A stretch of DNA of 64,000 nucleotides from a virus, in the IMG/VR virus record IMGVR_UViG_3300037541_000804, positions 1 to 64,000 of that record; one strand, given 5' to 3'. This document shows, piece by piece, positions 47,601-56,670 of this stretch. Each line of letters opens with the position of its first letter. The stretch's first letter is position 1. The translations under genes and the position numbers were made by a program. The notes under the pieces are model-generated. The model was given only the letters and a program-made list of their open reading frames with translations. It was not told the DNA's origin and made no database searches.

Positions 47601-50600
47601 CCAGAGGATTTTATGTCTTCGGCTCCAATTTTGGAAACGCCCTTTGAAGCGAGAAATTCTCGCAAGCCTTCTTCTGTTTGATTTGATAAGAGTTGCAGGT
47701 TTTCTTTGATAACCGTAGTTATCGAGGAATTTATATTACCAAGAGTTTCTTCAACTTCCACGACTCCGCCAGCTCCTTGCCCGCCAAATCCTATTTTGTT
47801 AACGGTGCCAGTTTTTGTGGCAGATATAAGATTATCTAATCTTTTTCCCAAAAGTTCATTGGAGATTTGAGATTGGTCTTTGCCTTCGGTATTAATGCCA
47901 GCAGCTTTTGCTTCGCGCTCTTTTCTAGCGTCCGAGAGTTTGGATTGGAAGCTGCCTTGAATTTCTTTTGGGGTGCGAAGAATAGCTTTGCCAGATGCAT
48001 CAAATAAAGATTCTGCATTATCTTTAAACGCTTGTGCTGATTTTTCAGCTTCAACGGTCAATCCGCCGAACGCCTCCTTAAGTCTTTGAAATCCGCTTTT
48101 ACCCGTCACAACTTGAACTGCTTCGTTTAAAACCGTAAGGGCGAGTGCTCCTTGGCCAATAACTGGTAGAAACTTAAGTAATCCGCCGCCGAAGGCCAGA
48201 AGACTGCCTGTTGCTTTTTTAAGCGCTCCGCCAGCGCCTCCACTAGCACCACCTAAAAGACTCCCAAGTTTTTCCGCTAATTTTCCCCCGCCAAGATTAG
48301 ACGCATTTACCCCGCCAAGTTGATTTAGCCCTTGAAATGCAAAAGCTGATATAGCGATTTTGGAAATTAAATCGGCATATTTTTCCGTTTCTTTTGAGCC
48401 TCGCAAAAAGGATGCCGATAAACCGTCAAGTACGCTTGTGGCAATTACCGCTTTGATGGCTAGCTTTTGAAGAGCTTCTGGGTCAACTGTTTTGCTAGCT
48501 ACGGCTAGTGAAGATTGGGGGATTCTTGAATCTACGCCAGCAATGCCAGATTTGAATCCGCCACCACTCTTGACGCCAAGAGATTCTCTTCTTGCGGCTA
48601 AAGATTCTCCATATAAAGCTTGAAGCTTTGCTTTTCTTTCTTGTTCTTGTAGGGATTTTTTTTCATTTTCTCTACGATATTTTTGAGCAGAGCCTTCAAC
48701 GCCAAATGAATTTGATGGGGAGCTAAGGTTCCCGCCATCAAAAAACGTATTGGCCGAACCTACGTTACCATAAATAGAATTAGAAGACACTCTTTGTCTT
48801 TGAGCAGCTCCTACCCCGAAAACGTCAGCAGTGCTATTTAAATTACCACCATTAAAGGAAGTATTGGCCGACCCAATATTGCCATAAATATTAGACGAAG
48901 GATTTGCTCTGCGTCTAGCTTCTGCTTCACCAGCGGCCACATCAAACCCATTAGAGCTTGCCTCCGCCAAGAGTTTAACTCTTTCAGAAGCTACTTTTAA
49001 TGAATTTGCATATTTTTCAGTTGAAGAAACAACAAGCTGTATGGACTTTTCATTTAAGTCAAAAGACCGAATAACAACCGTAGCAGCATCTACGATTTGT
49101 TCAATTGTTTGGCCTAAGTCAACAAGGAGTTGAACTTGATTTTCTAACCCCACCTCAAGGTTATCCGCCGTTGTGAATTTTCCAGAAGAATTCTTGAGTC
49201 TTTGGCCCTTCAAGAATCCGCTAGCGGCTCTTTGACCCATCATGTCTTGATTTAAAACACCGAACTTGCCGCCGCCAAGATTAACAACACTTTCAGAAGA
49301 ATTAGCTACCATTAAACCCTTATTTCCCCCACCAAGAGGAAAATTGGGCATAACTACAACCTTAGAATTGGAGCTTGCGCCACCAATTCCTTTCTTAATA
49401 TCATTCATTTCACCAGAAACGAGGTCTGGCAAATAACCTTCGGCGCTTCTTAAACCTTTCTTGGAGAGTGTTGGGCCAGCTTCACCAACTCTGAGTCCAG
49501 AATTATAAACCGAACCAGAAACAATTTGAGAAACGGCGCTAACTTGTTTGGCGTAAACAGCCTGTTTGGCCCATTCAGCGGAAATTTGTTTAGCGAGATT
49601 TAATCGGGCCGATTCGCTGGTTAAAAGTGTACTTAAATTTGCGCCAGATTGTTGAATGTAAGCGGCGATACTTTTTTGAATGGCCGCTTGCTCCTGACCC
49701 GCCGCGTTTAAGCCCAAAAACGTCTTGCCAGCGTTAATCGCGAAAGTCGCAAAGTTTACGCCGATTTTGCCAATTGCAATAGCAATCGCTCCGAAAACCG
49801 CTGGCGAAAATAAGCTACCGCCAAGGAAGCTACCTATTTTCTGAATACTTTGGCTGAAAAGGTCTGTCCCCTCAAGAATACTTTGAAGAAAGTCGCCCGT
49901 GTCAATAAGTGAATCTAAAAGACTAGAAAGAGGATTTTTTACGCCGATTTTCCCAGCCGAATTTAAAATTTCTTCTAATTGAACGCCCAGGGTATTAAAT
50001 TTAGCAGACAAGATTTCGGCCAAAGTTGCATTAGCGGCCAAAGCGTTATCTTTCGCGCCCTCAGATGTTCCGAGAATTTTATCATAAATAGACCTTTGCT
50101 TATTCAATTCCTGTAAACCTTGTCCAGCTAATGCGGCGGCAGCATTGACTTGATAAAGGCCAGAAATATCTTTGAAGATGTTAATCTGTTGATCTTTCGG
50201 CAAATCCTTGATAGCGTTGCCGAGATTACGCATGATTTCAATCGCGGGAATAAGATTTCCAACTTCATCACGCACCTTAATTACGCCGCCTTGAAAAGTT
50301 TCCAAAAACTTGATAGAATCTTCATCATATAAGCGCGTAAAGATAGACTTGAGTGAGTTACCAATTTGAGAACCACCACGCGCCGTAATTTCTTGAAGAG
50401 TTGCAATCGAAGCAATAGTTTGGTCAATATTTTGGCCAGTCAACTGTGCAACGGAAGCTGAACGCTGCAAACCTTCAATTAAATCAACAAGAGAAACAGC
50501 AGCAGCATTATCAACAGCTACGAGTTTGTTAATTACTGTCGTTGAGTCAATGCCTGACTGCTTGAAAGCGTTAAGAGTTGAAGTCAAACCATCAACGGCA

Positions 50601-51142
50601 GTTTTATATTCGACACCAGAAATTCTCGAAAGGATTAACGCATCGCGAGTTCTCTTTAGCGTTTCTTGAACACCAAGACCTTGACGGGAAAATTCTAGCG
50701 CCGCTTTTGAAGTGATTTCAAAGCTTTGGCCAGTGAGTTTGGCCGTTTGGAAAATCTGCTTGCCGAACTGTTCAATGCTAATTCCAGCCTTCGAGAAGTT
50801 ATCGCCAGCGACAACAGCAATTTGTGTCATGGCTTTTTCTACATCAGCGGTAGTTTTGACAAGCGCTAAAAATGAGCGCCGCATACCTTCGATAACACCA
50901 ACGGCAGTTCCGAACGCCAATACGCGAGCATTGGCCGCTTCCATCGACTTTGTAAACTGATCTGCATCATGACGAATTCGGCCAAGAGCCGCGCTGCCAG
51001 CTTTTAATCCAGACGAATCAAAGCCGCCAATCTTAATTTTTTGAAACGAAGAACTAATCTTGTCAACCAAGACCTTAGCTTTCGCCTCTGCTTGGCGAAT
51101 TTCAAGATCAACGCTTGCTGGTATTTTAAGATTTTCGGCCAT
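44618..51142 (-). CDS. tail tape measure protein
   Basis: 2174 aa, helical A/L/Q-rich, TP901-like core, GG.V.G...D.VP..L..GE(Y/F) motifs. Confidence 0.92.
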   Translation of the reverse strand: MAENLKIPASVDLEIRQAEAKAKVLVDKISSSFQKIKIGGFDSSGLKAGSAALGRIRHDADQFTKSMEAANARVLAFGTAVGVIEGMRRSFLALVKTTADVEKAMTQIAVVAGDNFSKAGISIEQFGKQIFQTAKLTGQSFEITSKAALEFSRQGLGVQETLKRTRDALILSRISGVEYKTAVDGLTSTLNAFKQSGIDSTTVINKLVAVDNAAAVSLVDLIEGLQRSASVAQLTGQNIDQTIASIATLQEITARGGSQIGNSLKSIFTRLYDEDSIKFLETFQGGVIKVRDEVGNLIPAIEIMRNLGNAIKDLPKDQQINIFKDISGLYQVNAAAALAGQGLQELNKQRSIYDKILGTSEGAKDNALAANATLAEILSAKFNTLGVQLEEILNSAGKIGVKNPLSSLLDSLIDTGDFLQSILEGTDLFSQSIQKIGSFLGGSLFSPAVFGAIAIAIGKIGVNFATFAINAGKTFLGLNAAGQEQAAIQKSIAAYIQQSGANLSTLLTSESARLNLAKQISAEWAKQAVYAKQVSAVSQIVSGSVYNSGLRVGEAGPTLSKKGLRSAEGYLPDLVSGEMNDIKKGIGGASSNSKVVVMPNFPLGGGNKGLMVANSSESVVNLGGGKFGVLNQDMMGQRAASGFLKGQRLKNSSGKFTTADNLEVGLENQVQLLVDLGQTIEQIVDAATVVIRSFDLNEKSIQLVVSSTEKYANSLKVASERVKLLAEASSNGFDVAAGEAEARRRANPSSNIYGNIGSANTSFNGGNLNSTADVFGVGAAQRQRVSSNSIYGNVGSANTFFDGGNLSSPSNSFGVEGSAQKYRRENEKKSLQEQERKAKLQALYGESLAARRESLGVKSGGGFKSGIAGVDSRIPQSSLAVASKTVDPEALQKLAIKAVIATSVLDGLSASFLRGSKETEKYADLISKIAISAFAFQGLNQLGGVNASNLGGGKLAEKLGSLLGGASGGAGGALKKATGSLLAFGGGLLKFLPVIGQGALALTVLNEAVQVVTGKSGFQRLKEAFGGLTVEAEKSAQAFKDNAESLFDASGKAILRTPKEIQGSFQSKLSDARKEREAKAAGINTEGKDQSQISNELLGKRLDNLISATKTGTVNKIGFGGQGAGGVVEVEETLGNINSSITTVIKENLQLLSNQTEEGLREFLASKGVSKIGAEDIKSSGLDKLQDEVYKLFLENIAKNIEPIKRAAESGRAGELTATFGQRFFNISEKKTAKAGQLGNFRSEKFSQESIDKFLDVQREIELLAFDSSTASLEAKIKGLESLSTSSSLSSVAKNDIENQISNIQKSIYEAALKKAEVESKNEIEKIKKNSGEGKEFSTLEGNARITKVIEQFGVQETEIKANIKSITDNTRIRQQEFNAIQKLVPAIEAAKSSLNTIALDRAKIQGNITRLQAQSNNPQLGTLQREQSQRDLAGLQVQELNKSRDELLKSTEAQRLEIDSTIQDERTKRRAIEDLNNSRDIELEAINANIDALNIETSQIGLTKDARQEFQDSLLEFSRGLGQSRAQNQFNLLQATDKSSIVSGLIGEQSFDAVQGKSGSDLVSSLSEQNAIRQQQFDIATAASKVERLNLETELELNQQIFAIRNSDLSAAEKQLAIENAINANLEKRRSFGFGVRESLSGMQDEVNNFGSTFGKTATEGFKDGLVGAMQAAVSRTGSLKESLLDVALAFANKLRDAALDNLAKIATNALFGQGGSGGGVISSVLGAFTKRASGGQVTGGSGTKDDVPTLLMGGEYVVNKKSVQKYGSQFFEALNSGSVGQMAQGGYFAPGVRGQGNITGKENLLDFATQTATSGGQDVRRSLMGGAGMVSLEPESLRLSSFNRFGDSPIVQATQDAKDQAFGLYVDQLGQEKQYQEELAEYYRQLEEARAAKEKAKKEERRQFWISLAVAAVGGATSGYKANSAGKNANSLGNTQYSGGSIRGVSERPNISGVSAGSSSYRGSSSNYFNSSSNFGIPFRSAPSYSGGVTNSYRPSSFDYLNFGSDILGIYSGRNFGSLINRSTQPPRRGFGDYENPLFPSASYTPYGRNSGGAISGSGDTVPIMASKGEFMINSSAAKKIGYSNLYSMNNGGVPSSEGDDSMIAAKLDELIEKTIGASNVTVNVTVSKDGEKSSEEGGGDQNNKMLAEKLRSAVVQVIQLEQRPGGVLSKR

Positions 51143-51168
51143 ATTCCTCTATCAAGAGGATTACACGC

Positions 51169-52140
51169 TTACTTGGACAATAAATTAGCCATTTGCGTGG
51201 AGTCCATTTTGCCGCCGTTTTTCTTCAATTCTTCGGCCAAATCTATCTTTTTAGCTGTAGGATCGTAGTATTCCAAGTCTTCTTTTGTCGCGCCGACAAC
51301 ACCAACAGTTGAGTGTTTGCTTCCTTTTGTTGGGTTTTTGTCTCTTTTCTTTTGAGTTTCAACAAAATCGAGTAGTTCTTTTGGCGATTTTCTTATGGAG
51401 TCGGGAATGTTTTCGACATTTTGCAAGATATTTAGGAACATTCTGCCGTAAGCTAGCATCTTTAGTTGATAAATACTCAAAGAAACAACCGAACGGCCAA
51501 AAAAGTCAAACGGTTTCTCTACTTGCGACAAATATAGGGAAAAAGCATCGCTTAACACTGCCTCTTGGATTTTCTCGTCCGTCATTCTGTCCGTCAAGCC
51601 GTAGTATTCTTTCATAAACGGCGAAAGGTCGTCAATTTGATTAAAATCTTCCTGCGAGTATTTCAATTCCCGACATTCCCTATCGGAATACAGGATATTA
51701 CGAATAAACTCTTCATTGGAGAACGAAACAGCATAATCTTCCGCCGTTTTTCCAAAGGGCGCGATGGTGCAAATCAATTCGCGCCGCTTGTTCAAAATTA
51801 CGTTTAGCTCTTTAGCTTGGGCGTCGATTGTTTTTTGAGTTGAGTCTTTTTGGCTTTTTAGTTCTAAGGCTTTTTTAGTATTAGAAAGAGTTTCGATGTA
51901 GCTTTTCTTTTCCTCAATATCAAGTTCGTCCTTGTCCGTCCAGAGGTTGCTCTTTTTTAGCCGCTCAAGGCATTCTTTCTCTGTCGGGACGGATTTTAAG
52001 GCTATCTTTTTTTGCTTTTCGAAAGCATCCGCCAAAACCTTTTGATCACGCAAATTGATATGGCGCAAGTAAACGGCCCCATCCAAAATAGGAGTGAGGC
52101 CGTCAAATATTTCGCAAATTAATGGCGAAAAATCACTCAT
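51169..52140 (-). CDS. putative tail assembly chaperone (distal)
   Basis: position directly upstream of tape measure. Confidence 0.5.
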   Translation of the reverse strand: MSDFSPLICEIFDGLTPILDGAVYLRHINLRDQKVLADAFEKQKKIALKSVPTEKECLERLKKSNLWTDKDELDIEEKKSYIETLSNTKKALELKSQKDSTQKTIDAQAKELNVILNKRRELICTIAPFGKTAEDYAVSFSNEEFIRNILYSDRECRELKYSQEDFNQIDDLSPFMKEYYGLTDRMTDEKIQEAVLSDAFSLYLSQVEKPFDFFGRSVVSLSIYQLKMLAYGRMFLNILQNVENIPDSIRKSPKELLDFVETQKKRDKNPTKGSKHSTVGVVGATKEDLEYYDPTAKKIDLAEELKKNGGKMDSTQMANLLSK

Positions 52141-52903
52141 CAGACTTCTCTTCAACCTTTTCGTCCACCTTCTCGATGCTTGTCATACGAGAGGCGAATT
52201 CTTCGGCGGTAATACCCATATTGTAGGCATAAAGGGCGCTGGTTAGGGCGATTTTTTCTTTTGCGGCGGAATAAACAGGTGTTGGGGCTTCCTCTAGTTC
52301 AAAGTAGAACTTTTCCTGATCTTCAAAGTTTGCACCTTCGAACATTTTTTGCGGCTCATCATTTTCGCGTTGGAAGTAGATGAAATTGACGGCAAACCAA
52401 GTGGTAAGATCGGTTTCAGCTTTAGATTCGGCGGTCAAAGCAAAGAGAGATGTTTTGTACTGGTGGAGTTCAATGATCTGATTCTGCAAGAGGGAGAATT
52501 CGTCCTTTAGTTTTTTGATCTTTTGCTTGACGGCTTTCTTGGGTTGAGTGCCAGCGACAATCAGTTCTTCTTGGACTTCGTAGAGGCGGGTCTGGACTTT
52601 GGCCAATTCTTTAGAGCTAGAATCGGAGATGAGTCCGCCGTTGTCAGAATACTTGTTCAAAAGCATGGCCCGCGTCATGAGTTTCTTCTCTTGAATGTAA
52701 TAGTTTACGCGCATAGCGTAAAACAGTTCGGCCTCGCGGGTGTCAATTCGAGATGGTTTCTTGAATAGGAACTTTACAGGAGATTCGACCGTTTCGGTTG
52801 TTTCGACAATAGCTTCCTTGCCGTCAACGGTTTGGGGCTTTTTGACCTGCTTTTCGGTCTTTTCGGTGACGGTGAATTCGTATAGGGGAGTGATTTTGGC
52901 CAT
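52133..52903 (-). CDS. putative tail assembly chaperone (proximal)
   Basis: position; coiled coil. Confidence 0.5.
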   Translation of the reverse strand: MAKITPLYEFTVTEKTEKQVKKPQTVDGKEAIVETTETVESPVKFLFKKPSRIDTREAELFYAMRVNYYIQEKKLMTRAMLLNKYSDNGGLISDSSSKELAKVQTRLYEVQEELIVAGTQPKKAVKQKIKKLKDEFSLLQNQIIELHQYKTSLFALTAESKAETDLTTWFAVNFIYFQRENDEPQKMFEGANFEDQEKFYFELEEAPTPVYSAAKEKIALTSALYAYNMGITAEEFASRMTSIEKVDEKVEEKSDE

Positions 52904-52922
52904 GGTTTATTAATATTAACGT

Positions 52923-53207
52923 TTAAAGACAGAAAGACACTTCATAATTATCTATTTCTAAATCAGACTCACGAATAACATCGTTGCCCGAATCTAGGAT
53001 TTTCTTACGAAGGCGTTGGTATTTCTCTTTTGAGAATGGATTTCCTACGACGAGAATAGGTATATATTCTTTTGGTAACTTATCGAGAAGATTTCCATAA
53101 AACTCATCATGCGAAGCCTTGACTTCTCCTAGAATTTCTAAGTATTCTTTGAATAACGCGGTAATAAAACGACGCTGCCTTTTTTGAAGAGAGTCCTTTG
53201 CTTGCAT
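52923..53207 (-). CDS. hypothetical late protein
   Basis: first gene after GTGTAA (53239-53234). Confidence 0.65.
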   Translation of the reverse strand: MQAKDSLQKRQRRFITALFKEYLEILGEVKASHDEFYGNLLDKLPKEYIPILVVGNPFSKEKYQRLRKKILDSGNDVIRESDLEIDNYEVSFCL

Positions 53208-53233
53208 GTGGAAATCCTTAATCCTGAAAAGCG

Positions 53234-53254
53234 TTACACGCAAAAGGGGTGTAA
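53234..53254. promoter_or_regulatory. back-to-back putative late promoters TTACAC-N9-GTGTAA
   Basis: at the divergence point of the two structural operons. Confidence 0.65.
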
Positions 53255-53262
53255 TTCCTTAT

Positions 53263-54572
53263 ATGGCACGCAAAGAAAACATCCTCCTTTAGGTGAAGGA
53301 TGAATTTCCGCTAAATATTTAACAATTATCGAAGATTTTGATAAATCCAGTGTAATATATGATGAGTGACGCATTGTGCTTACAAATTCCGCATCTATCC
53401 AACGCCAGAACAGGAAACTGTTTTGCGGCAGACAATCGGCTGCTGCCGATTTGTCTATAACTGGGCGCTGGCTCAGCGGCGCGAGGCGTGGGTAACAAGC
53501 AAGAAAAGCGTTTCTTACAATGCAACGTCTAAAGGTTTGACGGAATTGAAGGAATCGCCCGAGAAAGCGTGGCTCAACAGCGTCTCAAGCGTTTGCTTGC
53601 AACAAAGTTTGCGCAATCTTGATTCGGCGTTTGTAAACTTCTTTAAGAAACGAGCTTGCTATCCAGTTTTTAAAACACGAAAGAATGGTGGAAACGCACG
53701 TTTTCTAGACAACGCCTTCCGAATTGACGGAAACAATCTTTTTCTTGCTAAAATTAAAACGCCTCTCAAAGTTATTTGGTCGCGCAAACTCTCTGGAGAG
53801 CCAAGTCAGTGTGTTGTTTCGCAAAACGCCAGCGGTCAATGGTTTGCCAGCCTTCTATGTGAAGAGGAAATCTCTAAGCTCCCGCACTCCGACAAAAGGA
53901 TCGGTATCGACTTGGGAATCGAAACATTCGCGTCAACGAGTGACGGGCAGAAGTTTGGACAACCAAAGCGTATTCGTCGCTTGCGCCAAAAATTGGTTCG
54001 CTTACAACGATTGCATTCTCGCAAGCAGAAGGGTTCTAAGAACCGCGAAAAGGCTAGGCTTAAAGTTGCCCGCCTTCATCAGCATATCGCCGACACGCGA
54101 AACGATTTTCTCCACAAACTATCCACCAAGCTCATTCGTGAAAACCAAACGATTGCGCTAGAGGATTTGGCCGTTAAAAACATGGTTAAGAACCGCAAAC
54201 TTTCTCGACGTATAAGCGAGCAAGGCTGGCGGAGTTTCCGAACTATGCTTGAATATAAGGCTGAGTGGTATGGGAGAGAACTACTCATCGTAGATCGCTG
54301 GTTCCCAAGTAGCAAGACTTGTTCTTGTTGCGGGAGAAAAGCCGATCTTTCTTTGAAAGATCGCAAATGGACATGCGAATGTGGGGCCACGCATGACCGA
54401 GACATTAACGCCGCCAAGAATATCCTCGCCGCTGGACAAGCGGTGCCATTTGCCTGTGGAGCAGACGCAAGACCATCGAAGGACTACGTTCTTCGGGGCA
54501 GTCCGCAACGAAGCAGGAAACCCAAGGCGTGAGCCAAGGAATTCACGCCGTTCACGGCGGGGAGTATGTCAA
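53263..54572 (+). mobile_element. non-autonomous IS200/IS605-family (IS1341-type) element, tnpB only
   Basis: TTAT then LE with AAAA plus imperfect hairpin (53280-53302); RE GAAT-hairpin-AGTATGTCAA of IS608 type. Confidence 0.85.
53366..54532 (+). CDS. tnpB: RNA-guided endonuclease TnpB
   Basis: YKFRIYPT, GCCRFVYN, GIDLG, ALEDL, SSKTCSCCG, CECG..HDRDINAA; D-E-D triad intact. Confidence 0.97.
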   Translation: MTHCAYKFRIYPTPEQETVLRQTIGCCRFVYNWALAQRREAWVTSKKSVSYNATSKGLTELKESPEKAWLNSVSSVCLQQSLRNLDSAFVNFFKKRACYPVFKTRKNGGNARFLDNAFRIDGNNLFLAKIKTPLKVIWSRKLSGEPSQCVVSQNASGQWFASLLCEEEISKLPHSDKRIGIDLGIETFASTSDGQKFGQPKRIRRLRQKLVRLQRLHSRKQKGSKNREKARLKVARLHQHIADTRNDFLHKLSTKLIRENQTIALEDLAVKNMVKNRKLSRRISEQGWRSFRTMLEYKAEWYGRELLIVDRWFPSSKTCSCCGRKADLSLKDRKWTCECGATHDRDINAAKNILAAGQAVPFACGADARPSKDYVLRGSPQRSRKPKA

Positions 54573-54590
54573 TTAACACAGGCTCAAAAG
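54400..54590 (+). ncRNA. predicted TnpB omega/reRNA with guide 54573-~54590 (5' end approximate)
   Basis: established TnpB biology: scaffold overlaps the tnpB 3' end and RE, guide is the flank after TCAA. Confidence 0.7.
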
Positions 54591-54612
54591 GGATGCGATT
54601 AGTAGTCTTGTG
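54573..54612 (+). pseudogene. relic 5' fragment of an allele of gene 54711
   Basis: LTQAQK(+1 G)DAISSLV versus resident LTQAQKNTISGLI. Confidence 0.8.
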
Positions 54613-54696
54613 AAGAAGAAGAGTAATTTGTAATCATTTCGGCTATTTCTAGCTTTAGATAAGGGTCGGTATTGGGGAGGCGCAACTTTACTTAAA

Positions 54697-54702
54697 GTGT
54701 AA
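54697..54702 (+). promoter_or_regulatory. putative late promoter GTGTAA
   Basis: GTGTAA-N8-ATG, same spacing as 6188 and 53249. Confidence 0.7.
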
Positions 54703-54710
54703 TAAATAAC

Positions 54711-55172
54711 ATGGCTATTAGCTACCTGACACAAGCTCAAAAAAACACAATCAGCGGCCTCATAGACTCGATCCATTTAACGTTTGCAGTTGATGTTACC
54801 GCTTTTCAAATAAGTAAGAAAGCCGCTTTAACCGCCGACCCAAGTTTCAACTCAATTTACCGCCAAAACTCAGCGCAAGTTTCTTCCACGGAGCGTTCTT
54901 TAACGTTCAAAGCTCGTATTCGCTACTTAAAAATGGGAGAGGAGCTAATGACAGAATCAGACGGCTCAAATGCTACGAGCATTCAAGGGAGAGTTATTTT
55001 GCCCGTTGGCAGCGTGAAAATGAAAGTGGATAACACTGCTCACGAATTCTTAGAAACGGCCAAACGTGTGGAGATTAGCGGCAAAAGATTCATTGTTAAT
55101 GGCCATGCTCGGGCTATCGGGATGTTCGACAAGTCCCAATACTGGGAATACTTTTTAACGCCAACAGATTAA
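54711..55172 (+). CDS. putative head-closure/neck protein
   Basis: beta-rich 153 aa, first of a neck-terminator-tube gene order. Confidence 0.55.
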   Translation: MAISYLTQAQKNTISGLIDSIHLTFAVDVTAFQISKKAALTADPSFNSIYRQNSAQVSSTERSLTFKARIRYLKMGEELMTESDGSNATSIQGRVILPVGSVKMKVDNTAHEFLETAKRVEISGKRFIVNGHARAIGMFDKSQYWEYFLTPTD

Positions 55173-55813
55173 TGGCTCGAAAGTTATCCATCAAACGAAT
55201 CAGTGACTTTATCCGCCGCAAAGTAACGGAAAGCAAAATCGTTCAATTTGCCCTACGAAAAACTATAGAAGCTCGAATCCGTCCTCTTTTCAACCAAATT
55301 CGCCAAGAGATGCTAGAAGAATTTGATAACCACCCAATTACAGAAGAAATCGACATGGGGCCAAAATTCGGCTACGAGTCAAGGTTTTTGGGCGGGTATG
55401 GAGACTTGTTTTCTTTCATAGGTTTTGAGAGAGATGATAATCCAACGAAACCAATTCGAGAGATATTTCGCGGTCTAAGACTGTATTCTGTAACCTCAAA
55501 AGGTCTTGATCACGTTTATGAAGTAAGAAACTATCCTACCGCACAAGATATTTTCCGTATTACACCAATGCCGTGGAAAAAGGGCGCATCTTGGGCCGAA
55601 GGTATTGAAAAAGGCATCTCTGGCTTGGGAAGATACTTAAATATTGAATATCAACAAGGCCGCTCTCAGGCTGGTATCCAAGTAAAAACCAAGAAAAACT
55701 TTCGCCCCGCCTTCCAAACAGCTCCTTATATCACTGAAATAATAAAAAAATATCGCGCCAGATTCTTGGAAATTTCCAATCTAAAATTGCTCGGCATCCC
55801 TAAAACTCCATGA
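55172..55813 (+). CDS. putative neck/tail-completion protein
   Basis: basic; PW..G.SWA.GIE.G.SG; synteny. Confidence 0.5.
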   Translation: MARKLSIKRISDFIRRKVTESKIVQFALRKTIEARIRPLFNQIRQEMLEEFDNHPITEEIDMGPKFGYESRFLGGYGDLFSFIGFERDDNPTKPIREIFRGLRLYSVTSKGLDHVYEVRNYPTAQDIFRITPMPWKKGASWAEGIEKGISGLGRYLNIEYQQGRSQAGIQVKTKKNFRPAFQTAPYITEIIKKYRARFLEISNLKLLGIPKTP

Positions 55814-56670
55814 TTCTTCCTCAATTTATTCACAAAGTTACCTCGTCTTTTTATCTTTGGGCGGATCATATTCTCTTGGATAGAGGCCAAGCTTACACAA
55901 ATACAACTGGCGCTTTTACCAATTATACGGACGAAAGACTACCAGATGCGTTTGAAGCGTTTGGTTGCCCACATAAAGAGTGGGTTGCGGATTCTTCTGT
56001 GTCTGGCGCGGTTGTGCCGTCTGGGTTTTATGTCGGCGGGTCTTTTCGAGCTAGGGCCGATTCGTTCAACCTTGATTTTATTAATGGGCGCGTAATTACA
56101 AGCGGGATTAGCACGTCTCAGTCAATTACTGGTTCGTATTCCGTAAAGGACTTCAACATCTATGCCACAAATCAGGACGAGGAAAGTTTAATTGTTGAAA
56201 TGTGCGAAAATTATTCAGCGCAATACAATTCTATTGGCACGGACATTTCCACGCCGTATCTTGCGCCGTATTCCCAAAAAGTTCCCGCGATTTTCATCAA
56301 TACACAAACACAAGAAAACGTTCCTTTTGCTTTGGGCGGAACAGACAATTCTCAAGTTCGCGTCAACATGACGATTTTTTCTAAAACACCCTATGAACTA
56401 GATGGCGTATTAGGACTTTTCGCAGACACAAGTGACGAAGTTTTCAAAGAGTTGCCCCTAGAATCGGCCCCTATGACCGAATGGGGAGAGATTAAAAACG
56501 GCAATTATAATTACAATAATTTGGTAGCCGCAAGCGGAATCTCCAACATATCTATTGATTCCGTCAAAACAAGCAAAGTTTCCGACTCTCTAAAGAGAAG
56601 CTTGAAGACTGAACTGTATATTGGTTTCGCCGATTTTGAACTTTCCCAACCAAGAAACCCTAGAGTTTAA
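55810..56670 (+). CDS. putative tail terminator protein
   Basis: VPAIFI, PFALGG; directly precedes tube gene. Confidence 0.5.
   Translation: MILPQFIHKVTSSFYLWADHILLDRGQAYTNTTGAFTNYTDERLPDAFEAFGCPHKEWVADSSVSGAVVPSGFYVGGSFRARADSFNLDFINGRVITSGISTSQSITGSYSVKDFNIYATNQDEESLIVEMCENYSAQYNSIGTDISTPYLAPYSQKVPAIFINTQTQENVPFALGGTDNSQVRVNMTIFSKTPYELDGVLGLFADTSDEVFKELPLESAPMTEWGEIKNGNYNYNNLVAASGISNISIDSVKTSKVSDSLKRSLKTELYIGFADFELSQPRNPRV

Noticed and set aside
52125-52170. Programmed -1 frameshift between the tail chaperone genes
   Set aside because: The downstream ORF is in the +1 frame with its own ATG (ATGAGTGA overlap); no slippery heptamer seen.
53263-54572. IStron (self-splicing IS) explaining tolerance of the insertion
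   Set aside because: Only ~100 nt lie between LE and tnpB, too short for a group I intron core, and the downstream relic is frameshifted; rescue is by the duplicate gene start.
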